A program made the position numbers and the translations under genes. Shown here piece by piece: positions 29,354 through 40,030 of a stretch of 64,000 bases of DNA. The notes under the pieces were generated by a model. It saw only the letters and a program-made list of their open reading frames with translations. It did not search any database and was not told where the DNA came from. The stretch spans positions 608,001 to 672,000 of the forward strand of contig CAWEZH010000002.1 of NCBI GenBank assembly GCA_963813535.1. Reading direction: 5' to 3'. This DNA comes from an uncultured Chloroflexia bacterium. GTDB taxonomy: Bacteria; Chloroflexota; Limnocylindria; Limnocylindrales; CSP1-4. Each line of letters begins with the position of its first letter. Position 1 is the first letter of the stretch.

Positions 29354-30679
29354 ATGACGCATTCCCGGCACCATTCGAGGGCCAGGCTCTGGCTGTCGAC
29401 GCCGTTGGCGGTCGCGATGATCGTCGCTTCGATGCTGATACCGGCCACATCGGTCGCGGCCCGCGAGCCGACCGACATGGTCCTCGAGTGGAACATCAAC
29501 GCCGTCAACGCGATCGGCAATCCCCCGGCCACGACCCCGCCGGCCGCGACCCCACCCGGTCTCGGCCAGCCCCCACCGCTCGCGCCGATCCACCTCGCGA
29601 TGGTCCACGGTGCGATCTATGACGCCGTGATGGCGATCGTCGACACCCACGAGCCCTACCTGAAGGGTCTCAACGCCCGGAGGTCGTCCTCCCAGGCGGC
29701 CGCGGTCGCGGCCGCGGCGCACGGCGTCCTTGTCGGCCTCGCCGCTGCATCGCCAGAGGTCAAAACCAGCGTGGACCGCCTCTATGCCGCGTCGCTTGCG
29801 AAGATCAGCAACGGCACGGCCAAGCAGCGCGGGATCACCGTCGGCAAGGCCGCAGCGGCAGCGATGCTCGCGAAGCGCATGGGCGACGGCCGCTTCGGCA
29901 CGTACGCGTTCCCGACCGGCACCGATCCCGGCGAGTGGCGCCTCGTGCCGCCGGCCAACACGAACAGCTTCGGATGGGTGAGCCTCGTCAAGCCATTCAC
30001 TCTGCGGAGCCAGGACCAGTATCGGATCGGGCGGCCCTTCCCCTTGACCAGCGCCAGCTACGCCCGCGAGTTCAATGAGGTCAAGCGCCTCGGTGGGGCG
30101 ACGTCGACCCGAACCCCCAAGCAAGCCAAGCTTGCCAGCTGGGCGTCGGTCAACCCCTTCGCGATGATCAACCGCGGCCTCCGCGACATCGCGGTCAAGC
30201 GCCATCTTTCGACGAGCCAGCAGGCACGGCTGTTCGTGATGACGAGCATGTCGGCAGCCGACTCGTTGATCGCATGCTGGGAGAACAAGGACCACTGGCT
30301 CTTCTGGCGGCCACAGACCGCGATCCAATTGGCAGGGACCGACGGGAACGCGGCCACTGTGGCCGACCCCGACTGGACCTCGCTGATCCCGAACCCCGGC
30401 TACCCGGATCCGCCATCGGGTTTCAACTGCTTCACGTCCGGGTCGATGAACGCCGCTCGCGCCTACTTCGGGACGAACCGGATGCGGTTCGATCTGACGA
30501 GCGTCGGGGCGGCCCCGGTCACCCGGCACTACACCCGATTCAGTGGCCCCATCGCTGACGCGATCGAGGGTCGCATCCTCGTCGGCCTGCACTTCCGTCG
30601 AGCCGACGTCCAGGGAGCCTGGCTCGGCCAGAAGGTCGCAGGGTATCTCTCCACGCACTTCTTCGAGCGAGACGACTGA
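29354..30679 (+). CDS. Secreted vanadium haloperoxidase/PAP2-like protein
   Basis: Signal peptide; LAMVHGAIYDAV, K..WRP, PSGF (His replaced), RILVGLHF. Confidence 0.8.
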   Translation: MTHSRHHSRARLWLSTPLAVAMIVASMLIPATSVAAREPTDMVLEWNINAVNAIGNPPATTPPAATPPGLGQPPPLAPIHLAMVHGAIYDAVMAIVDTHEPYLKGLNARRSSSQAAAVAAAAHGVLVGLAAASPEVKTSVDRLYAASLAKISNGTAKQRGITVGKAAAAAMLAKRMGDGRFGTYAFPTGTDPGEWRLVPPANTNSFGWVSLVKPFTLRSQDQYRIGRPFPLTSASYAREFNEVKRLGGATSTRTPKQAKLASWASVNPFAMINRGLRDIAVKRHLSTSQQARLFVMTSMSAADSLIACWENKDHWLFWRPQTAIQLAGTDGNAATVADPDWTSLIPNPGYPDPPSGFNCFTSGSMNAARAYFGTNRMRFDLTSVGAAPVTRHYTRFSGPIADAIEGRILVGLHFRRADVQGAWLGQKVAGYLSTHFFERDD

Positions 30680-30704
30680 CCACTGACGGAAACGAGCAAC
30701 ACGT

Positions 30705-30737
30705 GACCCCCGGCCCCTCGAGGATGGGCCGGGGGTC
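30705..30737 (+). terminator. GC-rich hairpin after the haloperoxidase-like gene
   Basis: GACCCCCGGCCC-ctcgaggat-GGGCCGGGGGTC. Confidence 0.6.
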
Positions 30738-30799
30738 GTTCCATGCTCGCCAGGGCGTGGCTGGACGCTGACCAGCGCCCGGTCGATACTCAGAGGGCC

Positions 30800-32720
30800 A
30801 TGACCGAACGTCCGGACGCCGCGGCCCGCCGGCGCTACGACGAGCTGTACCGCCGCTCACTGGATGACAGCGAGGCGTTCTGGCTGGAGGCGGCAGCTCG
30901 GCTCGACTGGACCACGCCGCCACAGCGGGCCCTCGAGCTCCGCGATCCGCCGACCTTCGCTTGGTTCCCGGGCGGTCGCACGAACCTCTCGACCAATGCG
31001 CTGGACCGTCATGTGGCGTCAGGCCGTGGCGATGCGACGGCGTTGATCGCGCTCGACGAACGAGGCGGCCGACGTTCGCTGACCTATCGCGAGTTGCTCG
31101 ACGACGTGGAAAGGGTCGCCGCGGGCCTGCGCGGTCTCGGCATCGGGATGGGCGACCGCGTCACGATCTACATGCCGACGTCGGCCGAGGCGATCGTCGC
31201 GATGCTGGCCACGGTCCGGATCGGCGCGATCCACTGCGTGGTGTTCGCCGGCTTCGGTGCCGGCGCGCTGGGCGACCGGATCCGGGCCAGCGGGTCCAGG
31301 CTCGTGATCGCGACGGACGTGACCTTTCGAAAGGGCAAGAACGTCGACCTGCTGTCCATCGTGGACGACGCCCTCGCCGCCGGCCGGGGCGACATCGAGC
31401 GGGTCGTGGTCCTGCGACGGGACGCGGATTCCCGCCCGCCGCGCGACGGCGAACTGTCATGGGATGACCTGTTGCGCGCTGGTGCCGGTCAGGACGGCGG
31501 TGTCGCCGACACATCGGCCGAGGACCCCGCGTTCATCCTCGCGACCTCCGGCACGACCGCCAAGCCGAAGCTTGCCGTCCATACCCATGGCGGCTACGGC
31601 GTCCACATCGCCTCGATGGGCGATTGGGTATTCGGATTGCGTGCCGGCGAGACCTGGTGGTCGACGTCCGACATCGGCTGGGTCGTCGGCCACAGCTACA
31701 TCGTGTACGCGCCGCTCATGGCCGGGGTCGCCACGATCGCCTGGGAGGGCGCACTCGATCACCCGGACGCCGACAACCCCTGGTCGATCATCGAACGCGA
31801 GGGCGTGACCGGCGCATTCAGCTCGCCGACCGCGATCCGACTCCTGATGCGGTATGGGGAAGTCGTTCCGCGGCGGCACGATCTCAGCAAACTCGAGCGC
31901 ATGTTCTCGGCCGGCGAGGTCCTCAACGCGCCCGCCTGGGAGTGGCTCCAGCGGACGGTGTTCGAGGATCGCGTCCCCGTGATCGACCACATGTGGCAGA
32001 CGGAGACAGGCGGACCGATCTTCGGCAACCCCTATGGCCTCGGCTTGCTGCCGATCAAGCCGGGCTCCGCCGGGTTGGCGTTGCCGGGTGTCGAGGCGGA
32101 CGTGGTGGACAACGACGGCCGGCCGGTCGGGACCGGGGGAGAAGGGGATCATGCGCATCGTCCGCCCGTTCCCCGGGCTCATCGCGACGCTGTGGGGGGA
32201 GCCCGAGCGCTACGTCACCGACTACTGGGCGAAGATCCCGGGCGGCTACTACGTCGGCGACGCCGCGCATGTTGATGACGATGGGTATGTCTGGTTCGCC
32301 GGTCGGGCCGACGAGATCATCAAGATCGCGGATCACCGGATCGGGACGATCGAGGTCGAGACGGCATTCCTGCGCCACCCGGCCGTCGCCGAGGCAGGCG
32401 TCACCGGTATCCCCGACGAGCTGCGCGGTCAGGTGATCGAGGCGTTCGTCGCGCTGCGCGCCGGTCACGAGCCCTCCGAAGAGCTGCGCCACGAGCTGAT
32501 CCGGACCGTGCGCCACGAGCTGGGGCCGCTGGCCGTGATCAAGCACGTGTCGTTCGTAGCGATGCTGCCGAAGACACGGAGCGGCAAGATCATGCGCCGG
32601 GTCCTGAAAGCGGTGGCTCTCGACAGCGACCCGGGCGACATCAGCACGATCGAAGACGAGGGCTCGGTCGACGAGGCGCGGAACGCGATCGAGGAGCTGC
32701 GCGCCGGCCTCGTGTCGTGA
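30800..32720 (+). CDS. acs: Acetate--CoA ligase (frameshift near 32135)
   Basis: TSGTTAKPK, SDIGWVVGHSYIVYAPL, WQTETGG, GRADE, LPKTRSGKIMRR split over two frames at a G run. Confidence 0.85.
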
Positions 32721-33420
32721 CACCTGGCGCGATCCCGTCCGAGGGCTCGGTCGGCGCGGTGTTCTTCGACCTCTTCGGCACCCTGCTGTCACTGGCGCCA
32801 CTCGCGGAGGCATGCGAGCGCGTGGCACCCGGTCGCGGCGCGGAGCTCGCCACGCGATGGCGGGCGCGGCAGCTTGAGGCGTCCTGGCTACGCACCGCGA
32901 TGGATCGGTGGGCGGACTTCGACACGGTCACGCGCGAGACCCTGCACGCGACGCTCGACGAGCTCGGGATCACGGCGCCCAGGAGCCCGACGGTCTCGCG
33001 GAGGCCTTCGCGGAGTTGCCGCTCGTCCCCGAGGCGGCCGACGCCGTCAGCCGACTTCGCGCGGCCGGCGTGACGATCGGCATCCTGACCAACGCATCGG
33101 GGCGACGCTTGATCGCGTAGCCGCGCGGATCGACCTCCGATCGACCACTGGCTCTCGGTCGACGCGGCGCGCCGGTTCAAGCCGCACCCCAGCGTCTACC
33201 GCCTCGCCGTGCGACGCCAGCGGGCTCCCGCCGGACGGATCGGGTTCGTGACGGCGAACGGCTGGGATGCCGCGGGCGCCGGCGCCGTTCGGGTTCCGCG
33301 TCGCGTGGCTTCGACCAAGAGCCCGCCGCGCGCCTGCCCGCGGTCGGCGCGCCGGAACCCGTGATCGCGACCTGGCCGGAGGTCGTCGCGAAGCTCGTTA
33401 GCGAAGGCCCGGGGCCCTAG
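32717..33420 (+). CDS. Haloacid dehalogenase type II (multiple frameshifts)
   Basis: FDLFGTL, WRARQLE, ILTN, FKPHPSVY, VTANGWDAAGA recovered in different frames. Confidence 0.7.
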
Positions 33421-34649
33421 CCCGAGCAGGGAAGAAGGCCGGCCGCGTCCTTGGCCTCCAGGATCCGGAGCGCCGACTGGTCGATCCGAGCCTGGAACGC
33501 TGGGTCGCCACGCGCACGCTCGGCGAGCGCCTCGGCCATCGGCACCGCAACCTCGATGGGGCCGAGGACGATCATGTCACCGCCGGCATCGACGAAATCG
33601 ATCGCCCGCTGCCCGGGTGACACGTCGGAGACCGCGTCGGCGGTGAGGCTGTCCGACATGACCACCCCCTCGAAGCCGAGGTCGCGGCGGAGGACGCGCT
33701 CGATGACGGTCGTCGAGAAGGCGGCCAGGTCGATCCGGGTCGATCCGATCGTATGTCGCCAGCGAGATCATCACGAACGGGACACCAGACGTGACGGCGC
33801 TGGCGAATGGCTCGAGGTAGGCATCGTCGGACGTCGTGACGGTATCGACCACGGCACTGGTGAAGTCGGTGTTGCCCTTCACCCGACCGAGCCCCGGGAA
33901 GTGTTTTGCCGTCGTCGCCACGCCAGCCCGGCGCATGCCGTCGATGAATGCCGAGACATGGCTCGAGACGCCCGACGGGTCGGCGCCGTACTCGCGCTTC
34001 AGCTGACCGATCGGGGCGTTGCGTGCCTCGGTACCGGCCGGCACGACGTCGGCCACCGGCGCGAAGTTCATGTTCACGCCCGCGTCGCGCAACTGCCGGC
34101 CCCATGCCGCTGCCTTGATCTCGAGATCGGCCGGATCGAGCTTTCCCTGGGCAACGGCAGACGGGATGGTGCTGAAGCCGCCCCCGGACAGCGCCTGGAT
34201 CAAGCCGCCCTCCTGGTTGGCAGCGACGAAGAAGCCGACACCGCCCGTCGCCTGGCGGTGGCCAGTGCCTGAGCAGCGTCACCGACCTTGCGCACCCCCG
34301 CGACCCCGACCGATGTCTTGGTCCGGAACCAGACCGACCCGAAGTGGTTCGCGACGATCGCCTGCCGCGAAGCCGCGTCCAGCCGGTCCTTCGCGAGGCC
34401 GACATCGAACAGTTGCCCGATCCGCTGCGGCACCGTCAATCCGGCCAGAGTCCGGCTCGCGCATGAGGCCGCGTCCGAAGCGGATGGAGTCGGCGCGGTG
34501 GTCGACGGCACGCTCGCCGGCGGGGCAGGGGATGCGGACGGGACTCCGGAAGCGGACGGGGGCCGCGGGGACGATGCTGTGGGCGCGCTCGCACAGCCAC
34601 CGGCGATCCCGATGACGAACAGGACGGCCAGGGGAGGACGCAGTCTCAC
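33417..34649 (-). CDS. GH3 beta-N-acetylhexosaminidase-like lipoprotein (frameshifts near 33730 and 34250)
   Basis: Lipobox AGGC; NQEGG, NFAPVADV, KHFPGLG, VMSDSL. Confidence 0.75.
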
Positions 34650-35785
34650 CGATCGGACGTCCTGGCTTCGAACAGCTCCCACTGACCTGGCACACCGCGC
34701 AGGGTCACGTCGCCGAGCGACCTGAAGGCCAGGTCGGTGCCGGTCACGAGGTCGCGCACCGTCCTGGTCACGACGACCTGGCTGCCTTCTGCGGAACCGA
34801 GCAGGCGTGCGGCGATGTGCACGGCGATGCCGCCGATGCCGGTCTCCCGCCGCTCGATCTCGCCTGTGTGGATCCCGGCACGGATCTCGACGTCGAGGCC
34901 TCGCGCCGCCTCGACCAGCTCGAAGGCACAGCGGAGGGCCCTCGTCGGGGCATCGAAGACCGCCATGACGCCGTCGCCGGTGAACTCGACATTCTGACCG
35001 TGCCACCGCTCGATCTCGGCGTGCACGACGCGCTGGTGCTGTTCGAGGAGCTTCTTCCAGGCCCGGTCGCCCATCGAGGCGGCCCGACCGGTGGAGTCGA
35101 CGATGTCCGCGAACAGGACAGTCGCCAGCGTTCGCTCGAAATCCTCCGCGGCCTGCAGGGAGCGGACCTGCTCATTGGTCCACTGGAAGCCCTCGAGGTA
35201 GGGGCCGGTCGGGACCTCGGAGTCCGGGGCGTACGTGAGCAGGACGACGCCCGAGCTGAACGTGCGTGAACCGACGAGCTTGAGGTGGTGCGTGTCGATG
35301 CGGTCCCGGAACATGCGCTTGCCGCTACCCAGGATCACCGGGTAGACGAGCAGCCGGTACTCATCCACCAGGTCGTGCCGCAGGAGTTCGTCGACCAGGT
35401 CCGGACTGCCGTACACCATCAGGTCGCCGCCAGGCTGCGCCTTCAGGTTCCGGATCTGGCCCGGCACGTCCCCCGAGATGATCGTGGTGTTGTTCCAGTC
35501 CGCTCGCTTCAGCGTGTTCGATACGACGTACTTGGGGATACGATTCATGCGCTCGGCCAGGTCGTTCTCGGTCTTCGCCGTGGGCCAGAACGCCGCCCAG
35601 ATCTGCCACGTTCGACGGCCCATCAGCAGCGCGTCGGCGCTCGCCACCTGGGCCGTGTTGAACTCCTCATCCTCGTCGTTCTGTACGCGCAAGGCCCAGG
35701 CGTTGCGGCCGCTCCGGTGCTCGTCGAATCCCGGTGCCTCGACGATGCCGTCGACGGTCACGAACGCGGTCACGACCAGCTTCAT
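34646..35785 (-). CDS. DHFR/RibD-C domain fused to a class III nucleotidyl cyclase
   Basis: VTVDG, LLMGRRTW, PKYVVS, YGS, PVILGSGKRMF; then LATVLFADIVDST, EFTGDG, RAGIHTGE, AVHIAAR, LRGV. Confidence 0.85.
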   Translation of the reverse strand: MKLVVTAFVTVDGIVEAPGFDEHRSGRNAWALRVQNDEDEEFNTAQVASADALLMGRRTWQIWAAFWPTAKTENDLAERMNRIPKYVVSNTLKRADWNNTTIISGDVPGQIRNLKAQPGGDLMVYGSPDLVDELLRHDLVDEYRLLVYPVILGSGKRMFRDRIDTHHLKLVGSRTFSSGVVLLTYAPDSEVPTGPYLEGFQWTNEQVRSLQAAEDFERTLATVLFADIVDSTGRAASMGDRAWKKLLEQHQRVVHAEIERWHGQNVEFTGDGVMAVFDAPTRALRCAFELVEAARGLDVEIRAGIHTGEIERRETGIGGIAVHIAARLLGSAEGSQVVVTRTVRDLVTGTDLAFRSLGDVTLRGVPGQWELFEARTSDR

Positions 35786-35871
35786 GGCCGCAAGACTAGT
35801 CGCCGCGGCGCGCGACGGCGCGAGCGCTGCCCCCTGCTAGGCTGACCGTCGAGCGCAAGGGAGTGAGACCC

Positions 35872-36915
35872 ATGTCGACGGTTCCGAAGGCGGTCTCAGA
35901 GGTGTTCCGCTCGATCGCCCACCGCCCGGCGGGCGACGCCGATGTGCTGCCGGTCGAGGGCCACCTGCCGGGGTTCGACGGCGCGACCGGTTGGCTCAAC
36001 TCCGAGCCACTGACGCCGACCGGACTCCGCGGTCGCGTGGTCGCGGTCGACTTCTGGACCTACACCTGTATCAACTGGCTGCGGACGGCGCCGTACCTCC
36101 GCGCCTGGGACGCCAAGTACCGCGATCTCGGGCTGACGATCATCGGCGTGCACACGCCCGAGTTCGGCTTTGAGCATGACGTCGACAACGTGATCCCGCG
36201 AGCTCGCGACTTCGGCGTCGACTATCCGATCGCGCTGGACCCCGATTACGGCGTCTGGCAGGCCTTCGCCAATCATTTCTGGCCGGCGCTCTACGTCGCC
36301 GACGCGGAGGGACGGATCCGCTTCCACCATTTCGGTGAAGGCGAGTACGCGATGTCCGAGATGGTCATCCAGCAGCTGCTCATCGACGCTGGAGCGCAGG
36401 GCATCGATGGCTCCCTCGTGGCCGTCGAGCCGCAAGGCTTCGAGGTGGCCGCCGACTGGGAGACGCTCAGGACACCGGAGACCTACCTCGCCTATGGACG
36501 AAGTGCGGGCTTCGCGTCACCCGATGACCAGCGCTTCGAAGCACCACATGCGTACCCGGAGGTGTCCCGCCTGGGTCTCAACCAGTGGGCGCCGATCGGG
36601 GATTGGACCCTCGCACAGCACGCCGCGGTCGGGAACGCGGCGGGCGGGCGGATCGCGTTCCGTTTCCAGGCCCGTGACGTCAACCTGGTCATGGGCCCGG
36701 CTGAACAAGGGGCGTCGGTGCCGTTCCGGGTGCTCCTGGACGGGCAGGCGCCCGGTGTAGCCCACGGCTTCGATGTCGACGACCAAGGGAACGGCACGCT
36801 CACCGATCAGCGCCTGTATCAACTCATCCGCCAGTCAGGCGCCATCGAGGAACGAACCGTCGAGATCGAGTTCCGCGCACCCGGTGCCGAGGCGTACTGC
36901 TTCACGTTCGGCTGA
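35872..36915 (+). CDS. DipZ C-terminal-like thioredoxin/redoxin protein
   Basis: WLNSEPL, DFWTYTCINW, GVHTPEF, HFGEGEY, RLYQLIRQ, FTFG. Confidence 0.85.
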   Translation: MSTVPKAVSEVFRSIAHRPAGDADVLPVEGHLPGFDGATGWLNSEPLTPTGLRGRVVAVDFWTYTCINWLRTAPYLRAWDAKYRDLGLTIIGVHTPEFGFEHDVDNVIPRARDFGVDYPIALDPDYGVWQAFANHFWPALYVADAEGRIRFHHFGEGEYAMSEMVIQQLLIDAGAQGIDGSLVAVEPQGFEVAADWETLRTPETYLAYGRSAGFASPDDQRFEAPHAYPEVSRLGLNQWAPIGDWTLAQHAAVGNAAGGRIAFRFQARDVNLVMGPAEQGASVPFRVLLDGQAPGVAHGFDVDDQGNGTLTDQRLYQLIRQSGAIEERTVEIEFRAPGAEAYCFTFG

Positions 36916-36984
36916 GGTCGCCCGCTCGGCGAACCACGCGCGGCCGACGCGGACGAACACCGCCGGACGGGCTAGGCTGCCTCC

Positions 36985-38382
36985 GTGACTCTCTCCGATC
37001 CCGCCGCCCCGACACGCGCACAGCTCGAGACGTTTCGCCGCTCCTTCGCGGGCGAGGTCGTCACGCCCGATGCCACCGACTACGACGATGCGAGGCGGGT
37101 CTGGAACGCGATGTTCGATCGACGTCCGGCCATCATCGTCCGACCCTCGAACGTCGAGGACGTCCAGGCGGCCGTTCGCTTCGGCCGCGAGGTCGACCTC
37201 GAGATCGCCATCCGCGGCGGCGGTCACAGCGCGGTCGGGCACTCGACGACCGATGGCGGCCTCGTGATCGACCTCGGGCGGATGGACGCCGTCAGCGTCG
37301 ACCCGGGGCGGCGACTCGCTCGCACCGGCGGCGGCGCGCTCCTCGGCAAGCTCGACATCGCGGCGCAGGAGCATGGGCTCGTCTGCCCGGTCGGCGTCGT
37401 CGGGCACACCGGCGTCGCCGGGCTGACGCTCGGTGGCGGGGTCGGTCGACTCCAGCGGCAGTTCGGGCTCACGATCGACAGCCTTCGCTCGGTCGAGCTC
37501 GTGACCGCCGACGGTCGCGTCGTCCGGGCCAGCGCCGATGAGGAGCCGGAGCTGTTCTGGGGCCTCCGCGGCGCAGGTGCCAACTTCGGCGTCGCGACGA
37601 GCCTCGAGCTCGAGGTACACCCGTTCTCGGGGACACTCCACCGGGGGGTCCACGTCCACCCGGCGACCGAGATCCACGAGCTCTGGCCGATCTTCCACGA
37701 GTTCGCGACGGCGGCGCCAGACACGATCGCGGCGATCTTCACCGTCGCCCTGGCCGAGCCTGCAGCGAACTACCCGGACGCCGTGGCCGGCCGGCCGATC
37801 GTCGTCATCTCGTACAACCACAGCGGGGCAGGGGAGGACGTCCAGCGCGACATCGAGCCGCTGCTGAAGGGTCCCCCGCCGGCGTCCGTGACGTCCACCA
37901 GCGAGCAGTACCTGGTCGCCCAGCGATCGAGCGACCTCGACCTTGCATGGGGCTCCCGGACGGCCATCCTCGGCGGCTATGTCGCGGATTGCTCCCCGGG
38001 GGTCTTGGACGCCTTCGTCGCGCATGTGGAAGACATCCCAGGCGATGCAAGCATCTCGGTGACGGCGATGGGCGGCGCGATCGAGCGTGTCCCCGACGAC
38101 GCGATGGCCTTCAGCGGCCGCCCCCACCCGTTCGACGTGAGCCCCGACACGGCCTGGTCCGACCCGGCGCTCGATGCGGCGAACATGCAGTGGGTCCGCC
38201 GGGCGATGGCGATCGTCGAGCCTGACCTGCTCCCGGGCCGCTACATCAACGAGCTGTCCGACGCCGGTCCCGAGGTGACCCAGGCGAGCTACGGCGCGGC
38301 CAAGGTCGAGCGCCTCGCGGCCCTCAAACGAGTCTGGGACCCGACCAACGTCTTCCACTTGAACCACAACATCACGCCGTAG
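36985..38382 (+). CDS. FAD-binding oxidoreductase (BBE family)
   Basis: RGGGHS covalent-FAD motif, GLTLGGG, LRGAGANFG, YIN..KRVWDPTNVF. Confidence 0.9.
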   Translation: MTLSDPAAPTRAQLETFRRSFAGEVVTPDATDYDDARRVWNAMFDRRPAIIVRPSNVEDVQAAVRFGREVDLEIAIRGGGHSAVGHSTTDGGLVIDLGRMDAVSVDPGRRLARTGGGALLGKLDIAAQEHGLVCPVGVVGHTGVAGLTLGGGVGRLQRQFGLTIDSLRSVELVTADGRVVRASADEEPELFWGLRGAGANFGVATSLELEVHPFSGTLHRGVHVHPATEIHELWPIFHEFATAAPDTIAAIFTVALAEPAANYPDAVAGRPIVVISYNHSGAGEDVQRDIEPLLKGPPPASVTSTSEQYLVAQRSSDLDLAWGSRTAILGGYVADCSPGVLDAFVAHVEDIPGDASISVTAMGGAIERVPDDAMAFSGRPHPFDVSPDTAWSDPALDAANMQWVRRAMAIVEPDLLPGRYINELSDAGPEVTQASYGAAKVERLAALKRVWDPTNVFHLNHNITP

Positions 38383-39371
38383 TGGGCGACGATCGAGCGA
38401 CGCCACCGATCATCCGCCCGAAAGCCCTGGCACCCGGTGACACGGTGGCCGTGGCGGCGCTCTCCGGCCCCCTGGAGGCCGCCGAGCTGGAGATGTACCG
38501 CCACGGCATCGCCGCGCTGGAGTCGATGGGCTTCCGCGTCCGACCGGCACCGCTCGTGGACGTCGAGAAGATGTGGTGGTGGGGAGCCGCGCGACCCACC
38601 GAGGTCGGACGGGAGCTCAACGAACTGTTCCGCGACCCGGACGTGCGCGGGATCTGGGGGCTGGTCGGCGGCCGCCTCACGCTCAGCTACCTCGATGTCA
38701 TCGACTACGGCGCGATCGCCGCGAACCCCAAGGTGCTCGTCGGCATGAGCGACATCGGTGCGCTGCACCTGGCCATCCACTCCATGACCGGGCTCGTCAC
38801 CTTCCACGCCGACCTGCTCATGTACGGCGTGGGGGAGTGGCACGAGCTGCCCGAGCGCGATCGATCGAGGCTGATCGACATCTATCGCCGCGTCCTGACG
38901 TCGACGGAGCCCGCCGGTCGTCTGCCTGCTCTCTCGACCTGGGAGTGCTGGCGCCCGGGACGCGCTGAGGGCCACCTGCTCGGCGGGTTGTTGCACCGCC
39001 TGGTGCGGATCCAGGCGACACCGTGGGCTTTCGCGCCGGAGCGCTTCGATGGCGCGATCCTATTCTTCGAGGACCTCAACACGTCGACGATCAACGTCTG
39101 GAACGATCTGCAGATCCTGCGTCACGGCGGCGTCCTTGACCGCATCGCTGGCCTCCTCGTCGGTCCGACAGAGACGATCCAGGTGGCAGAGGAGGGTCCG
39201 GACTCCCTTCGCGAGGTCGTACTCGACGTGATCGGCGATCGCGAGATCCCGGTCCTCGGGAACCTTGACATCGGCCACGCGGGGCCGAACATCCCGCTGC
39301 CCCTGGGCGTCCGCGCCGCCATGGACGGGGACGCGCGGACACTCGAGCTGATCGAGTCTGCCGTCAGCTAG
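38382..39371 (+). CDS. LD-carboxypeptidase (peptidase S66)
   Basis: Triad motifs GMSD, FFED, GH. Confidence 0.85.
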   Translation: MGDDRATPPIIRPKALAPGDTVAVAALSGPLEAAELEMYRHGIAALESMGFRVRPAPLVDVEKMWWWGAARPTEVGRELNELFRDPDVRGIWGLVGGRLTLSYLDVIDYGAIAANPKVLVGMSDIGALHLAIHSMTGLVTFHADLLMYGVGEWHELPERDRSRLIDIYRRVLTSTEPAGRLPALSTWECWRPGRAEGHLLGGLLHRLVRIQATPWAFAPERFDGAILFFEDLNTSTINVWNDLQILRHGGVLDRIAGLLVGPTETIQVAEEGPDSLREVVLDVIGDREIPVLGNLDIGHAGPNIPLPLGVRAAMDGDARTLELIESAVS

Positions 39372-39487
39372 TTCTATCAAAAAGCTCCATTTGCAAAACC
39401 GTGTCGTCGGATCGGGCGAATCGTCATCCAGCGAGCACCCTGCATCGACGGTCCAGGGTCTGCCCGCCGGGACGAGGAGGACGCACC

Positions 39488-39931
39488 ATGGCCCAGAACA
39501 GCCTGTATGAGCGCCTGGGAGGCGCGTTCGCGATCGCGGCGGTCGTCGACCGCTTCAGCGACGCGATCATCAGCGACCGGGTCGCCGGTCAGGGTTCGAG
39601 CAATCCGGCACTCCGCGAGTGGCACACCAAGGAGCTCGCACGACTGCCTGGCCTCAAGTTCATGCGGACACTGTGGCTCTGCAACGTCGCGGGTGGGCCC
39701 CAGGGCTACGTGGGGACGAGCCCCGGACGAGACCGGCTGAGTCTCGAGGAGGCGCATCGCGACCTGCACATCGCTCCTGACGAATTCGATGCGGTCGCCG
39801 GCATCCTCGCGAAGACCCTAGACGAGTTCCAGGTCCCGGCGGCGGAGAAGGGCGAGGTCCTGGCGGCGTTCGCCGCGCACAAGGGCGAGGTCACGGAAGG
39901 GTCCCACGAGCCTGCCGCCGCGATGAGCTAG
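39488..39931 (+). CDS. Group 1 truncated haemoglobin
   Basis: SLYERLGG, GGPQGYVG, AH..LHI..EFD. Confidence 0.85.
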   Translation: MAQNSLYERLGGAFAIAAVVDRFSDAIISDRVAGQGSSNPALREWHTKELARLPGLKFMRTLWLCNVAGGPQGYVGTSPGRDRLSLEEAHRDLHIAPDEFDAVAGILAKTLDEFQVPAAEKGEVLAAFAAHKGEVTEGSHEPAAAMS

Positions 39932-40030
39932 GGCCCGAGCGGACGGGGACGTCCAGCACCCGCCGGTCTGCGATTACCATCGGAACGGCGTGGATACCAC
40001 CAGCGAGTCGATCGGCAACGAGCTCGAGGC

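Noticed and set aside
35872-36915. Thioredoxin motif CINW lacking the second Cys
   Set aside because: To my knowledge a common variant of this DipZ-like family, so not treated as novel.
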